Part shown: in pieces, positions 1 through 8,473 of the stretch
How positions within the stretch are numbered: position 1 is the first letter of the stretch
Layout of the letters: the number at the start of each line of letters is the position of its first letter
Virus record (IMG/VR): IMGVR_UViG_3300031993_000054
DNA length: 20,000 bases
Origin: an uncultured virus (IMG/VR IMGVR_UViG_3300031993_000054)
Lineage: Duplodnaviria > Heunggongvirae > Uroviricota > Caudoviricetes
Strand: one strand, 5' to 3'
Translations under genes and position numbers: made by a program
The notes under the pieces: generated by a model
Seen by the model: the letters and a program-made list of their open reading frames with translations, nothing else
Told to the model about the DNA's origin: nothing
Databases searched by the model: none

Positions 1-236
1 TTGGTGGCGGTGGAGGTGATGACGTCTCCCTGTTCATCCAGGAGGTTGTTGAAGGAGACCTGCTCACCATCCCAGGAAGTAGAGTCCTGAACTACCTGGC
101 CAAGGCTGGCGCCGTTGGTCAGAAGCTGGGCGATGGTGGTATCGTTGGTGATACCAGCGGCGGGCATGGAGAAGACGATGATGTCACCCTGCCCGGCGAT
201 GAGCTGCTGAGAGCTACCAAGATTCTTTACAGACAT
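1..236 (-). CDS. Probable major tail tube protein (N-terminal part; runs off window)
   Basis: ATG at 236, open to the window edge (MSVKNLGSSQQLIAGQGDIIVFSM...SLGQVVQDSTSWDGEQVSFNNLLDEQGDVITS). Lies directly after the tail-terminator-like gene, the usual siphovirus order. Confidence 0.6.
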   Translation of the reverse strand, partial: MSVKNLGSSQQLIAGQGDIIVFSMPAAGITNDTTIAQLLTNGASLGQVVQDSTSWDGEQVSFNNLLDEQGDVITSTAT

Positions 237-262
237 AGTTTATTGCGAGATTAAAGATTTCG

Positions 263-754
263 TTATGCGCCTTCCCCGGAGCCAGAGCCGGAGCCTGGCT
301 CAGGTTGGGCATTGAAATTGCTGTTCGTATGCCACAGGAGGTTGAGCGTGGTGATGCTGTAACCGGAAGCCTGATTCGGTGTGGTAGGTGTAATGTAACG
401 TTCGTCCTCGAAGTAGAAGAAGAAGTTCTGAGTGTTCCGCTTGTGAACCAGGGTCTCGAATTGCTCCAGGATCCTGTCTATCCTCTGGCCCTTGATGGAA
501 CCATCATTGTTCATCTTGCAGTAGAGACTCACTGCGACGGCGCCTTCCGCGTAATTGGCCTTGGGGCCAGGTCCGCTGATGTTGCCATTGATGTAGATGA
601 CGATGAAATCCGTAGGCAGACCATTGGTGGGGCGCTCCCAGTCGCTGTAAACAACGACCTTCTCAGTGCCGCCATCGGCCTTACCAACTACGACCTTCCC
701 GTCGAGGAAGTCACGCAGTTCCCTATCGGGATGTATGGAAGACATCTTTATCAT
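263..754 (-). CDS. Probable tail terminator / tail completion protein, C-terminal GSGSGSGEGA
   Basis: 163 aa; ATGA overlap with upstream gene; size and position between neck gene and tail tube; VYSDWERP...FIVIYING pattern resembles gpU/gp17-like proteins. Confidence 0.55.
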   Translation of the reverse strand: MIKMSSIHPDRELRDFLDGKVVVGKADGGTEKVVVYSDWERPTNGLPTDFIVIYINGNISGPGPKANYAEGAVAVSLYCKMNNDGSIKGQRIDRILEQFETLVHKRNTQNFFFYFEDERYITPTTPNQASGYSITTLNLLWHTNSNFNAQPEPGSGSGSGEGA

Positions 755-1296
755 TTGAATCTCCTCATTGCTGCCGGAGCGGGTTTCGCTCCAGGGTGAA
801 CTTTGATGTACTTAAGAACCTGGACGCTGGTCTGCATCTGGTTCGCAAAGTGGCCTTCAAGGGTTTCAAGGTAGCCACGATGAGTCGGTTTCTCATTGAC
901 ACCTTCTGCATAGGGGACTGCCACGAACAAGGTGCCTGACACCCCGGTCTTCGGATAACTGTTCTTACGGACGGCCCGGATGGCTTCGTCCATACCCCAG
1001 ATTTTCTTTCTGTCCGGAGCGTTCTGCGGCCTTGTCGCTTCTTGAGGCATGTAGAGAGCACGCACAACTCGACCACTCTGAGCAACGGCCACGGCGATAC
1101 TGTCATGGAGGTTGGCCGTGTAGTAAGGGAGCACATCCTTGTTGGCCTGGACGAAATCGAGGAAACTGTTCCCCGCGTTCGTGAAGACCTGCTGGGCGGC
1201 CTTGTTCACGCCATCGGCGCAAGAGAGCAACTCGATCTCGAACTGCCTTCTTGCGTTTTTCCATCCTTGCAGATGTCTGCCGTGACTGTAAGCCAT
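751..1296 (-). CDS. Neck / tail-completion protein (HK97 gp10-like)
   Basis: ATG at 1296 (MAYSHGRH), 2 nt after the upstream stop; motifs PYYTANLHDSI and VAVPYAEGVNE resemble gp10 'TG.L..SI' and 'YA.yVE'. Confidence 0.55.
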   Translation of the reverse strand: MAYSHGRHLQGWKNARRQFEIELLSCADGVNKAAQQVFTNAGNSFLDFVQANKDVLPYYTANLHDSIAVAVAQSGRVVRALYMPQEATRPQNAPDRKKIWGMDEAIRAVRKNSYPKTGVSGTLFVAVPYAEGVNEKPTHRGYLETLEGHFANQMQTSVQVLKYIKVHPGAKPAPAAMRRFK

Positions 1297-1298
1297 TG

Positions 1299-1637
1299 TT
1301 AGTCTCCTTGTGCTTGCTTTAACTCGATTCTCGTGCACTTGATGTTCGCCTGCCAGGGCAGGTTGATGTCGCGGACAATCTCGGCGATGGCCTTTATCTC
1401 GCGACCCTGCTCCGTGGTCACGGCGATGGCATCGTTGATTGCGACCATGACATCATTACCGGGCAGATAGACAGTGGGATTACGGGTGATTATGCTCCTG
1501 GAGTACCCGGTGCCACCTTCCTCGTAGAGGCAGGGGCCGGAGTAGATCTCCTGGGGCGCAATCTCGTTGTCCCATTTGTCGCGTCCACCGTTGTCCCTGG
1601 TGATGACGCAAGTGTCACGAAAGTCAATGATCTTCAT
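1299..1637 (-). CDS. Probable head closure protein (SPP1 gp16-like)
   Basis: 112 aa, beta-rich, N-terminal 'RDKWDNE' hairpin pattern; TAATG coupling to adaptor gene; synteny. Confidence 0.5.
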   Translation of the reverse strand: MKIIDFRDTCVITRDNGGRDKWDNEIAPQEIYSGPCLYEEGGTGYSRSIITRNPTVYLPGNDVMVAINDAIAVTTEQGREIKAIAEIVRDINLPWQANIKCTRIELKQAQGD

Positions 1638-2095
1638 TACCTCATCCTCAATGCTGTGGCGTCATACATTTCGCAGGCGGTAGAGTCGTCCTCAGGGACT
1701 TCCCATCCCCACTTGCGGCGGAGGTCGTCGCCAAGCGCCTTAAACCGTGCGCGGTCGGCCATCGTGATGGTGTAACCGCCCCGGGAAGCGCGGACGTCTC
1801 CAACCTGTTCGGAGTATCCGCCTCCTGCAAAAACACCGCACACCGAATAGTAAACTGTCGAAGATGCGTAGTCAAGACGCATATCGAAATCGGTGTCATC
1901 GGTCCTCTCGCGGCGCTCGGTGTGAGTTCCAGAGCCTTCCTCGTCAGGAACTTCTACGTCAACATAATCGACGTCCTCATTCAGGTCGAGTCGGGCCAGA
2001 CCGACCTCCTTGGGGCTACGTGCGGCGCGAGCCACAACGTTCTCTTGGAGGTCAAGTCCGGGGACCAGACTACGCAGGTATTCTTCGACAGTCAT
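1637..2095 (-). CDS. Probable head-tail adaptor/connector protein
   Basis: 152 aa directly after the capsid gene; MTVEEYLRSL start and SEQVGDVRASRGGY pattern fit adaptor proteins. Confidence 0.5.
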   Translation of the reverse strand: MTVEEYLRSLVPGLDLQENVVARAARSPKEVGLARLDLNEDVDYVDVEVPDEEGSGTHTERRERTDDTDFDMRLDYASSTVYYSVCGVFAGGGYSEQVGDVRASRGGYTITMADRARFKALGDDLRRKWGWEVPEDDSTACEMYDATALRMR

Positions 2096-2114
2096 ACTTC
2101 TTCGGATTTATTGG

Positions 2115-3383
2115 TTACGCTCCTTCGCCAGAGCCACTGCCGGAACCGGAACCACTTCCACTGCCGCTGCCGGCGGTGTAGGTGATCACGTACCACATCT
2201 CCTTCGGGCGGGTGGGCACGCAGAGGCCGTAGAACTCGGACCACCAGTCCTGAGTCTTGGACTTAACGTCGTACTCGTACTGGATGATGCCACGACCCTC
2301 GAAGAAGGTTGCGTAGATGGCGTCGCCATCGGGCAGGAGGGCCATTGCGGTCTTGATGGTGCCCAGAGGACCTGCGGGATACAGGACGTAGGTGTTGGCG
2401 TTGAAGGTGCGGAAAGCCTTGGTGACAAGTTTGGCGTTGACACCCTTGCCTTCCAGGCGCTCGGTGGCGGTGAGGCCCTGCTTGAACTTGATGTTCTTGA
2501 GGGGCAGGCCGATGAGTGCGGCGAAGGCGGACTTCACCTCGTCATCGTCGGCGTTGTTACCCACGATAAGGGCGTTGGCGTCGTTCGCAGGGGTCATGAG
2601 CAGGTCACGACGGATGCGATAGCCAATCTGCTTGCGCACGACAGGGTGCTCCATGTCGTCGAGGAAGGACAGTTCGTCAACTTCCATGATGATGGAACTC
2701 TTGTCGTAGCCCTTACGCATCATGTTACGGACGGTCTTGCGCAGAACGGCGATGAGGTCAACGTTCATGTTGGCCGTCTCGGCGGTCTTGTTCTCAGGAT
2801 CGCTGAACATGTTCGGGGTACGAGTGATGTTCTCGTCCGGAACATTGGACATGAACACGAGGCCCTTGATGCCGCGAGGGTTGTTGTTGGCATCGAGGAT
2901 GAGGCCACGGTTGGACACCATCTGGTCGCGCTGATACAGCATGGACAGATAGTGGGCGTTCTTGATGTCGGTGAGACCGTTGAACAGCAGGTCCAGAGCA
3001 TACTCGCGTGCGGTCTGGTTCTGGAACTGAATCTTGGACAGAGCGTCCAGGTAGTTGCGGTAGTCGTCCGCATCCCAGAAGAAACGGGCCTTCTGGCAAG
3101 GGATGACGCCTTCCGTCATCTCGAATCCCTTGGTTCCCAGAGGGATGACCTCGGAATCCTTGTCGGCGTAGGTTGCCATCACCTTGAGTTTGTTCGACAT
3201 CAGCAGCTGCTTGAAGTCGAAGGTGATGGAGGAGTACGGATCCCACTCGAACCCATCCAGGTCGAGATCCTGGGAATTACCGAAACCGATAACATCGGTT
3301 ACATAGAGGTCGAAACTTTCGGCGGAAAGAATACCGGCCTCTCCCATGAGGGTGCGGAAACCCTGATTGTACTTGTGAGCCAT
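2115..3383 (-). CDS. Major capsid protein (HK97 fold, lambda gpE-like), C-terminal (GS)7GEGA tail
   Basis: 422 aa; VMATYADKDSEVIP and GLCVPT motifs; strong codon bias; follows scaffold and decoration genes. Confidence 0.8.
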   Translation of the reverse strand: MAHKYNQGFRTLMGEAGILSAESFDLYVTDVIGFGNSQDLDLDGFEWDPYSSITFDFKQLLMSNKLKVMATYADKDSEVIPLGTKGFEMTEGVIPCQKARFFWDADDYRNYLDALSKIQFQNQTAREYALDLLFNGLTDIKNAHYLSMLYQRDQMVSNRGLILDANNNPRGIKGLVFMSNVPDENITRTPNMFSDPENKTAETANMNVDLIAVLRKTVRNMMRKGYDKSSIIMEVDELSFLDDMEHPVVRKQIGYRIRRDLLMTPANDANALIVGNNADDDEVKSAFAALIGLPLKNIKFKQGLTATERLEGKGVNAKLVTKAFRTFNANTYVLYPAGPLGTIKTAMALLPDGDAIYATFFEGRGIIQYEYDVKSKTQDWWSEFYGLCVPTRPKEMWYVITYTAGSGSGSGSGSGSGSGEGA

Positions 3384-3398
3384 AATTCTTTTCTCCTA

Positions 3399-4031
3399 TT
3401 ATTCGTTTTCGTACTCGAAGGTGATACCGGGCAGGTTGTCCTTGTAGAAGTCCAGCATCTCGGGGATGCGGTCGCCAAGGATCTGGCCCTTGGTCACAAC
3501 GGCCACAGTGCCGGCGTAGGCACCGTCGTTGCTGACGTAGATTTCGCGCCAGGAGAGACCCGACGGCTTCTGGAGAGCGACATCGCTGCCGGCCTCTTTG
3601 GCCACATACAGTTTGTCACCCTTGGCGAGAGCGCCGAGAGAATTGGCGGTGATAGCGAAGGAACCAGTCTCGGGGTCATAGGCGCCGAGGGCAGCAGCCT
3701 TGGTAAGACCATTCTTGGCGGAGTTGAGGACACCCAGAATGAAGCCTTCCTCGGGGACTGCGTTGTTGGTTCCTTTCAGTTTGATGGAGGTGGAGCCGCT
3801 GGTTACAGCCTCCTGGACCTCATAGGAGTCCAGAAGAATGGCCTTACCACCCATCACAGGGAGGTAAACCGGAAGTGCGAGAGGAATCTGCGTGCCCTTG
3901 GGAAGACCGACAAGACTGACGGTGCCACCGACAAGTTTACGCTCTTTCACCTCGATCCACACGGGCATCCGTTCGGCAGGATACGCGGTTACGACCGGCT
4001 TGAAATGGACGTTTCCTAAATTGTTTCCCAT
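3399..4031 (-). CDS. Probable head decoration/cement protein
   Basis: 210 aa, small-residue and beta-rich, ends GDRIP...LPGITFE; sits between scaffold and capsid genes. Confidence 0.6.
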   Translation of the reverse strand: MGNNLGNVHFKPVVTAYPAERMPVWIEVKERKLVGGTVSLVGLPKGTQIPLALPVYLPVMGGKAILLDSYEVQEAVTSGSTSIKLKGTNNAVPEEGFILGVLNSAKNGLTKAAALGAYDPETGSFAITANSLGALAKGDKLYVAKEAGSDVALQKPSGLSWREIYVSNDGAYAGTVAVVTKGQILGDRIPEMLDFYKDNLPGITFEYENE

Positions 4032-4059
4032 TTTGTTGTGAAAGGTTACTGGTTAAAAA

Positions 4060-4791
4060 CTACTGTTGCTCGGCAGGCTTGATGCCGTGACGAGCGTCCT
4101 GGCGGGCTTTCTCGGCCTTCCAGTCGGTCACGCCCTTCTCGGTGTTGTTCGGATCGGCCTCGAAAGGCTTGCTCGTATCAACGCCCAATTTGGACACGGC
4201 CTTGTTGAAATAGCCTTCTGCCTTCTGGGACAGTTCGTCGGCAGACATCTTACTGCCAGTCGCCTCGTTCAGTTCAGTCGCCCGTTCCCATGCCTCGTCG
4301 GCCTGATCTTTGTAATGCTTGGCGTAATCGCCACCAAAGAACTTGGCCCTGGCGGTTTCAAGAGCGTTCTTCGCTGCCTGATTCGACTCGAACCCATCAA
4401 TCTTGTCCTGGAGAGGTTTGACGGCTGCTGCTACTGCGGCCTGGACGATGGAGGCGATGTCGCCTTTTCCAGAACCGCTGTCGCCGTGGCCGGAGCCACT
4501 GCCGCTGCCAGAACCGTCGCCGGAACCAGATTCCGGGTGTGCTGCCTTGTAAGCATCAAAAGCACTCTGCGTGGAGGTCCTCTTGGTGATTTCCTGGTCG
4601 CGATGCTTCATCAACTCGTCGGCAACGAGCCTCATGGTTTCGGCGTCCGTAAGGGCGGCTTCCACCTGGGACTCTTCGGTGATCGTCTTTTCTCTCGCTG
4701 AGGCAATCCGGTCAATAGCCTCGTTACTCAGCCCGAAACGCTTGATTTCAGATTTCGCCCTGAGTCCTTCTACGATTTTTTCTTTGAACAT
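4060..4791 (-). CDS. Probable capsid scaffolding protein with internal Gly-Ser linker
   Basis: True start taken as ATG 4791 (MFKEKIVEGL), just downstream of a promoter; 243 aa, helical/charged; the longer ORF to 5841 is antisense shadow of terL. Confidence 0.65.
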   Translation of the reverse strand: MFKEKIVEGLRAKSEIKRFGLSNEAIDRIASAREKTITEESQVEAALTDAETMRLVADELMKHRDQEITKRTSTQSAFDAYKAAHPESGSGDGSGSGSGSGHGDSGSGKGDIASIVQAAVAAAVKPLQDKIDGFESNQAAKNALETARAKFFGGDYAKHYKDQADEAWERATELNEATGSKMSADELSQKAEGYFNKAVSKLGVDTSKPFEADPNNTEKGVTDWKAEKARQDARHGIKPAEQQ

Positions 4792-4822
4792 ATATGTGTG
4801 ATTTAGAAATGATATTCCGGTG

Positions 4823-4854
4823 CAAAAATAGGAGATTTTTTTGAAATCCACAAA
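4823..4854 (-). promoter_or_regulatory. Bacteroidota housekeeping-type promoter for the head/tail operon
   Basis: Minus strand TTTG (4854-4851), 20 nt, TATTTTTG (4830-4823). Confidence 0.75.
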
Positions 4855-4867
4855 GTTTGGCCCACTT

Positions 4868-4900
4868 TTTGCAAATAATCGCCCCTTTTTCGTATCTTTG
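4868..4900 (+). promoter_or_regulatory. Bacteroidota housekeeping-type promoter for terL-portal
   Basis: TTTG (4868-4871), 21 nt, TATCTTTG (4893-4900). Confidence 0.75.
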
Positions 4901-4905
4901 CGGTG

Positions 4906-6645
4906 ATGTTCCGACTTCTCCATACTGATGTGCCCTTTCCCGCTCGATATGAACATGTTGAGCGGAAGAAGGCTACTGTCAGTGATAAAGGATGGGACAA
5001 AGTAGGCGATTTTATGCTTCGCGATGGCATCGACCTGATACCTCAGGAGGGTCTCCAAGAGAACCTGTGCCATTGCGAGGCAAACCTTGTATTTATATGC
5101 GGGCAGGCGACTTCCGGCAAGACATTCGGCATGATGCTCAAGGGCCTCAACGGTGTCGGAAAGTACGGATATACCGGCCGTCTTATCAACGTTCGTAAAC
5201 TGGACTCCGCCAAGGGTACGTCCATGCACCGTGACGCATCCTTCGTCTGGGGCGAGTTCTCTGGGTGCGAAATCACTACTGGAGAACTTCCCACCTTCGC
5301 GTGGCCTCGCTGGAACAACGCTATCCAGATGATCCACGCAAACTTCAACCCGGATAATCCAAAGGAGTGGGACGAGTTCCAGGAGTACATCAAGAAGCAG
5401 CAGGCGGCCTATATCGCGATCGACGAAGCCACGGCCATCGAGCAGTTCAGAATGTTCGCCTACATGTTCTCCCGTAACCGTGACGCATCCGGAGTTGAGC
5501 CGATGATGGTTCTTTCCTTCAACCCGAAGTATGCGCACTGGACAACGGACTTCCTTATCACTGGCGGTTACATCAATCCAGAGACCTGGTACATTCGCCC
5601 GGAAATGGACGGCAAGAAGCGCTACTTCTATATCAAAGGTAACGATGCCACTAAGGTCGTCTGGGGAGACACGAAGGAAGAGGTTGTCCAAGCGGCTCAC
5701 ATCAAGATCAGCGACGAAGACCGCGCTGCTGGCCTCACCGAAATGGATATGGTCAAGTCCTTCATCCTCTTCACAGGTTCGGCTGCTGGAAACCGCAAAC
5801 TCGTGGCGGCCACCAAGGGCCAGTCCGTTGCGAACCTTCACAACGTCGGCGCCGAGCAGCGTGCCGTTCTGGCTGAGGCTTACTTCGGCCCGACAGAAGA
5901 CGAAGACGTAGGCGTCGCCGATGCAGACTTCCGCGCCATGTCGTCCAACCCCAGGAACGATGACGAGAACATGTATGCCACGATGGATGTATCCGGCGGT
6001 AAACTCAAGAGCGATGATAACCTCATGCTCATCTTTAGAGGAAACTGCTGGGTCGGCGTTGAGGCGTTCCGTGGAGATCCGAAGGAACTTTTGGACTGGA
6101 TTGACGAGAAGTTAGAGCACTGGGGCGTTCCGAAGCAGAACTTCGCCTTCGACGCTACCGGCATCGGTTATTACCTCACAGCCTTCAAGGAGGGTATTCC
6201 TATCACCCCGAACAAGACGCCGATGCAGGAGTACGATGAGCAGGGAAATGCCGTGACCATCGAGCAGTATTTCAACCTTCGCTCGCAACTCCTGGCAAAG
6301 ACCGAAGTCCTGTTCAAGACCGGATTCTATTGCACCACCCTGGACCTCAACATGCAGATTCCTTACGGAAAGAAGGGTGGCAAGCGCCGCATCATTGATA
6401 TCCTCTACAACGAGAAAAATGTGTTCATCAAGGGCCAGAAGAACAAGAAGATTCTCTATCGGAGCAAGGATGAGTACATCGCACGCTTCCACGAATCACC
6501 TGGCCTCATGGACCCGTTCACATACCGCGCTGTCTTTGAACTGGACGCAAGACCAAAGAAGCAGCCAGAGAGGGAGATCGGCGAATCTGCATACACTGGA
6601 CTATTTCAAGATTATGGCGGAGGACGCTCCGTCGTATGGCTTTAA
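4906..6645 (+). CDS. terL: Terminase large subunit
   Basis: Q-motif (PQEGLQE), Walker A GQATSGKT, Walker B YIAIDEA, motif III SFNP, nuclease MDVSGG and FDATGIG; upstream of portal. Confidence 0.9.
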   Translation: MFRLLHTDVPFPARYEHVERKKATVSDKGWDKVGDFMLRDGIDLIPQEGLQENLCHCEANLVFICGQATSGKTFGMMLKGLNGVGKYGYTGRLINVRKLDSAKGTSMHRDASFVWGEFSGCEITTGELPTFAWPRWNNAIQMIHANFNPDNPKEWDEFQEYIKKQQAAYIAIDEATAIEQFRMFAYMFSRNRDASGVEPMMVLSFNPKYAHWTTDFLITGGYINPETWYIRPEMDGKKRYFYIKGNDATKVVWGDTKEEVVQAAHIKISDEDRAAGLTEMDMVKSFILFTGSAAGNRKLVAATKGQSVANLHNVGAEQRAVLAEAYFGPTEDEDVGVADADFRAMSSNPRNDDENMYATMDVSGGKLKSDDNLMLIFRGNCWVGVEAFRGDPKELLDWIDEKLEHWGVPKQNFAFDATGIGYYLTAFKEGIPITPNKTPMQEYDEQGNAVTIEQYFNLRSQLLAKTEVLFKTGFYCTTLDLNMQIPYGKKGGKRRIIDILYNEKNVFIKGQKNKKILYRSKDEYIARFHESPGLMDPFTYRAVFELDARPKKQPEREIGESAYTGLFQDYGGGRSVVWL

Positions 6646-6657
6646 TTCTTCATAGCT

Positions 6658-8283
6658 ATGAAAGTATCTGATTACATCAACGATTCAAAGAAGCGGCTCT
6701 GGACTCGCCGCGTACTTCCGTCGATGGTTCAGGCCCCCAATCAGAAGGGAAGCAACAAACGCCGCAGGGTGGCGCCCCCCGCAGGGTCGTACATCTACCT
6801 GCGGCAGGAAGACTTCCTCAATGAGTTGACGCCTGGCGCCCACGACATCAACTCGAAGTACATGTCCAAGCGCCCGATCTACAAGGACTCGGGCGAAAAA
6901 AACGCCAAAGGCCAGACCAAATGGGTGCTGGTCGGATACGATGACGTGGAGACGGTCGCTCTCGGCATCCAGGAGTGCATCATCGGAAAGAAGATTTCAC
7001 ACTTCGCCGGCGATGGGTTCTGGATTTCCAACGAGACGGAAGACAAGGCCAGGTACGACAAACTCATATCCTGGATGGATATGGCTGGCATCAGCCATGC
7101 CGCATGGCTCCAGTTGGTCCGTTCCGTTTTCCGCACCGGCGATGGCGCCATCTACCTCTATCGCACGGAAGAAGGTATCGAGTACAAGGTGTTCGGCTAC
7201 GAGGAAGGTTCCGTCCTGTACCCCAAGACCGATATCAACGGGAAGACAACTGTCGCCCGCAAGTACACCTTCGACGGCCACGCCACTGTTGACATCTTCA
7301 CCGGTGACGGCTCTGAGACCTGGATGATGATCGACGAAAAGGATGATGACTTCCGCGATTATGTCAAGGAAGACACCACCAAGAGCGAAGACGGATGGTA
7401 TCTGGTCAAGAAGTCCGAGCCGCAGGCAGGAAAGGGACGCTGCCAGTGCATCTACTTCCGCATCGACGACATCCCCACCGGCCCTGCCCAGTTGTCCATT
7501 GAGGCCCTGGAAGATGCCTGCTCCTACATGTCTGAGGAGATGAAGAACACTGCTTTCCCGATTCTGTTCCTCAAGTCCGAAAAACTGGTCAGCCTCCCTC
7601 CGTCCGAGATGAACGGAAAGACCATCGGCGTGAAGGGCAGTTCCGACGCTCTCGCTCACAGCGACGCGAAGTTCCTCGCACCGCCGGATGCCAGCAACAC
7701 CGCAACCATCCACTTGAAGAACCTGTGGGACAACATCGTCCGCACCTGCATGTCTGTGTTCGTTGAGCCGGACGTACTCAAGCAGGGAGCAGACTCCAGC
7801 ACGACCATCAAGATTATGTTCGCGCCCGAGATTCAGTGGTGCCAGAACATCTGGCCTCAGTTCTTCAAGGGCGTCCGTGATATCATGACCATCATGAAGG
7901 CCCTGGTCGGAGCAATGGAAAACGATGTCAAGGGATACGAAGCACTCCGCACTTCCGTCGGCCCGAACGTCTGGATGCCTCAGAACATCGCAGAGCAGGT
8001 CAAGAATGAGTGCGACCAGGTGTATGCCCGCATCAAGTCCCGCGAGGCCGCAATGGAAGACCTCGGCTCCCAGCATGTCGGAGACTACGGAAAGATCAAG
8101 GAGGAATGGGAATACGAGATTCGCATCAAGTCCGAGATTCCTGCCGAAGTCAAGGCGAAGTACGGAGTATCCGGGGATGGATCAGGCGATTCGGAATCAG
8201 GGTCTGGACGTGGTTCAGGCTCCGGCTCCGGAAAGACTGGAGTCACCAAGCAAGCAGCAGGGAAATCAATCCAGGGCGCATAA
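6658..8283 (+). CDS. Portal protein (SPP1 gp6-like) with Gly-Ser-rich C-terminal tail
   Basis: 541 aa after terL; GDGAIYLY, AFPILFLK, DAKFL and SSTTIKIMF patterns typical of SPP1-type portals. Confidence 0.8.
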   Translation: MKVSDYINDSKKRLWTRRVLPSMVQAPNQKGSNKRRRVAPPAGSYIYLRQEDFLNELTPGAHDINSKYMSKRPIYKDSGEKNAKGQTKWVLVGYDDVETVALGIQECIIGKKISHFAGDGFWISNETEDKARYDKLISWMDMAGISHAAWLQLVRSVFRTGDGAIYLYRTEEGIEYKVFGYEEGSVLYPKTDINGKTTVARKYTFDGHATVDIFTGDGSETWMMIDEKDDDFRDYVKEDTTKSEDGWYLVKKSEPQAGKGRCQCIYFRIDDIPTGPAQLSIEALEDACSYMSEEMKNTAFPILFLKSEKLVSLPPSEMNGKTIGVKGSSDALAHSDAKFLAPPDASNTATIHLKNLWDNIVRTCMSVFVEPDVLKQGADSSTTIKIMFAPEIQWCQNIWPQFFKGVRDIMTIMKALVGAMENDVKGYEALRTSVGPNVWMPQNIAEQVKNECDQVYARIKSREAAMEDLGSQHVGDYGKIKEEWEYEIRIKSEIPAEVKAKYGVSGDGSGDSESGSGRGSGSGSGKTGVTKQAAGKSIQGA

Positions 8284-8318
8284 AAGAAAAGGGGTTCGCT
8301 TCACAGCGGACCCTTTTC
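8284..8318. terminator. Bidirectional intrinsic terminator after portal
   Basis: GAAAAGGGGTTCGCT-TCAC-AGCGGACCCTTTTC hairpin with A- and T-tracts on both sides. Confidence 0.8.
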
Positions 8319-8353
8319 ATTCCAACTTTTATGAAATTCTTTTCAGTAAACTC

Positions 8354-8389
8354 GATGCAAATATAAGGATTATTTCTTACCTTTGCAAC
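8354..8389. promoter_or_regulatory. Overlapping divergent Bacteroidota -7 promoter elements
   Basis: TACCTTTG on + (8378-8385) and TATATTTG on - (8365-8358); -33 boxes imperfect (GATG, GTTG). Confidence 0.55.
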
Positions 8390-8462
8390 ACACCTTTTTC
8401 CCACACACCTGATTCTGCCCATAGGCAGGAAATCCACCCCGCAAGAGGTGGATTTCTTTTTT
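8390..8462 (+). ncRNA. Candidate ~70-nt small RNA
   Basis: Lies between the + strand -7 box and a + oriented terminator; ACACACCT twice, hairpin TTCTGCC-CATA-GGCAGGA; no + strand ORF. Confidence 0.4.
8427..8462 (+). terminator. Intrinsic terminator
   Basis: GAAATCCACC-CCGCAAGA-GGTGGATTTC followed by TTTTTT on + strand. Confidence 0.75.
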
Positions 8463-8473
8463 ATTGTGGTTGG

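Noticed and set aside
2115..2171. GS tracts as DNA microsatellite, phase-variable repeat or synthetic linker
   Set aside because: Synonymous codons vary throughout and tracts occur in several native genes.
2010..4019. 669-aa + strand ORF
   Set aside because: Antisense shadow of capsid and decoration genes caused by biased codon usage; no motifs.
4792..5841. 350-aa N-terminal extension of the scaffold ORF
   Set aside because: Antisense to terL and crosses the promoter region; ATG 4791 fits the promoter.
6997..8076. 359-aa minus ORF, and similar shadows at 14315-15349 and 17753-18865 on +
   Set aside because: Fully antisense to well-supported genes; unnatural composition.
8243..8437. 64-aa minus ORF in the convergent gap
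   Set aside because: GTG start inside a terminator hairpin, spans promoters and a second terminator; more likely non-coding.
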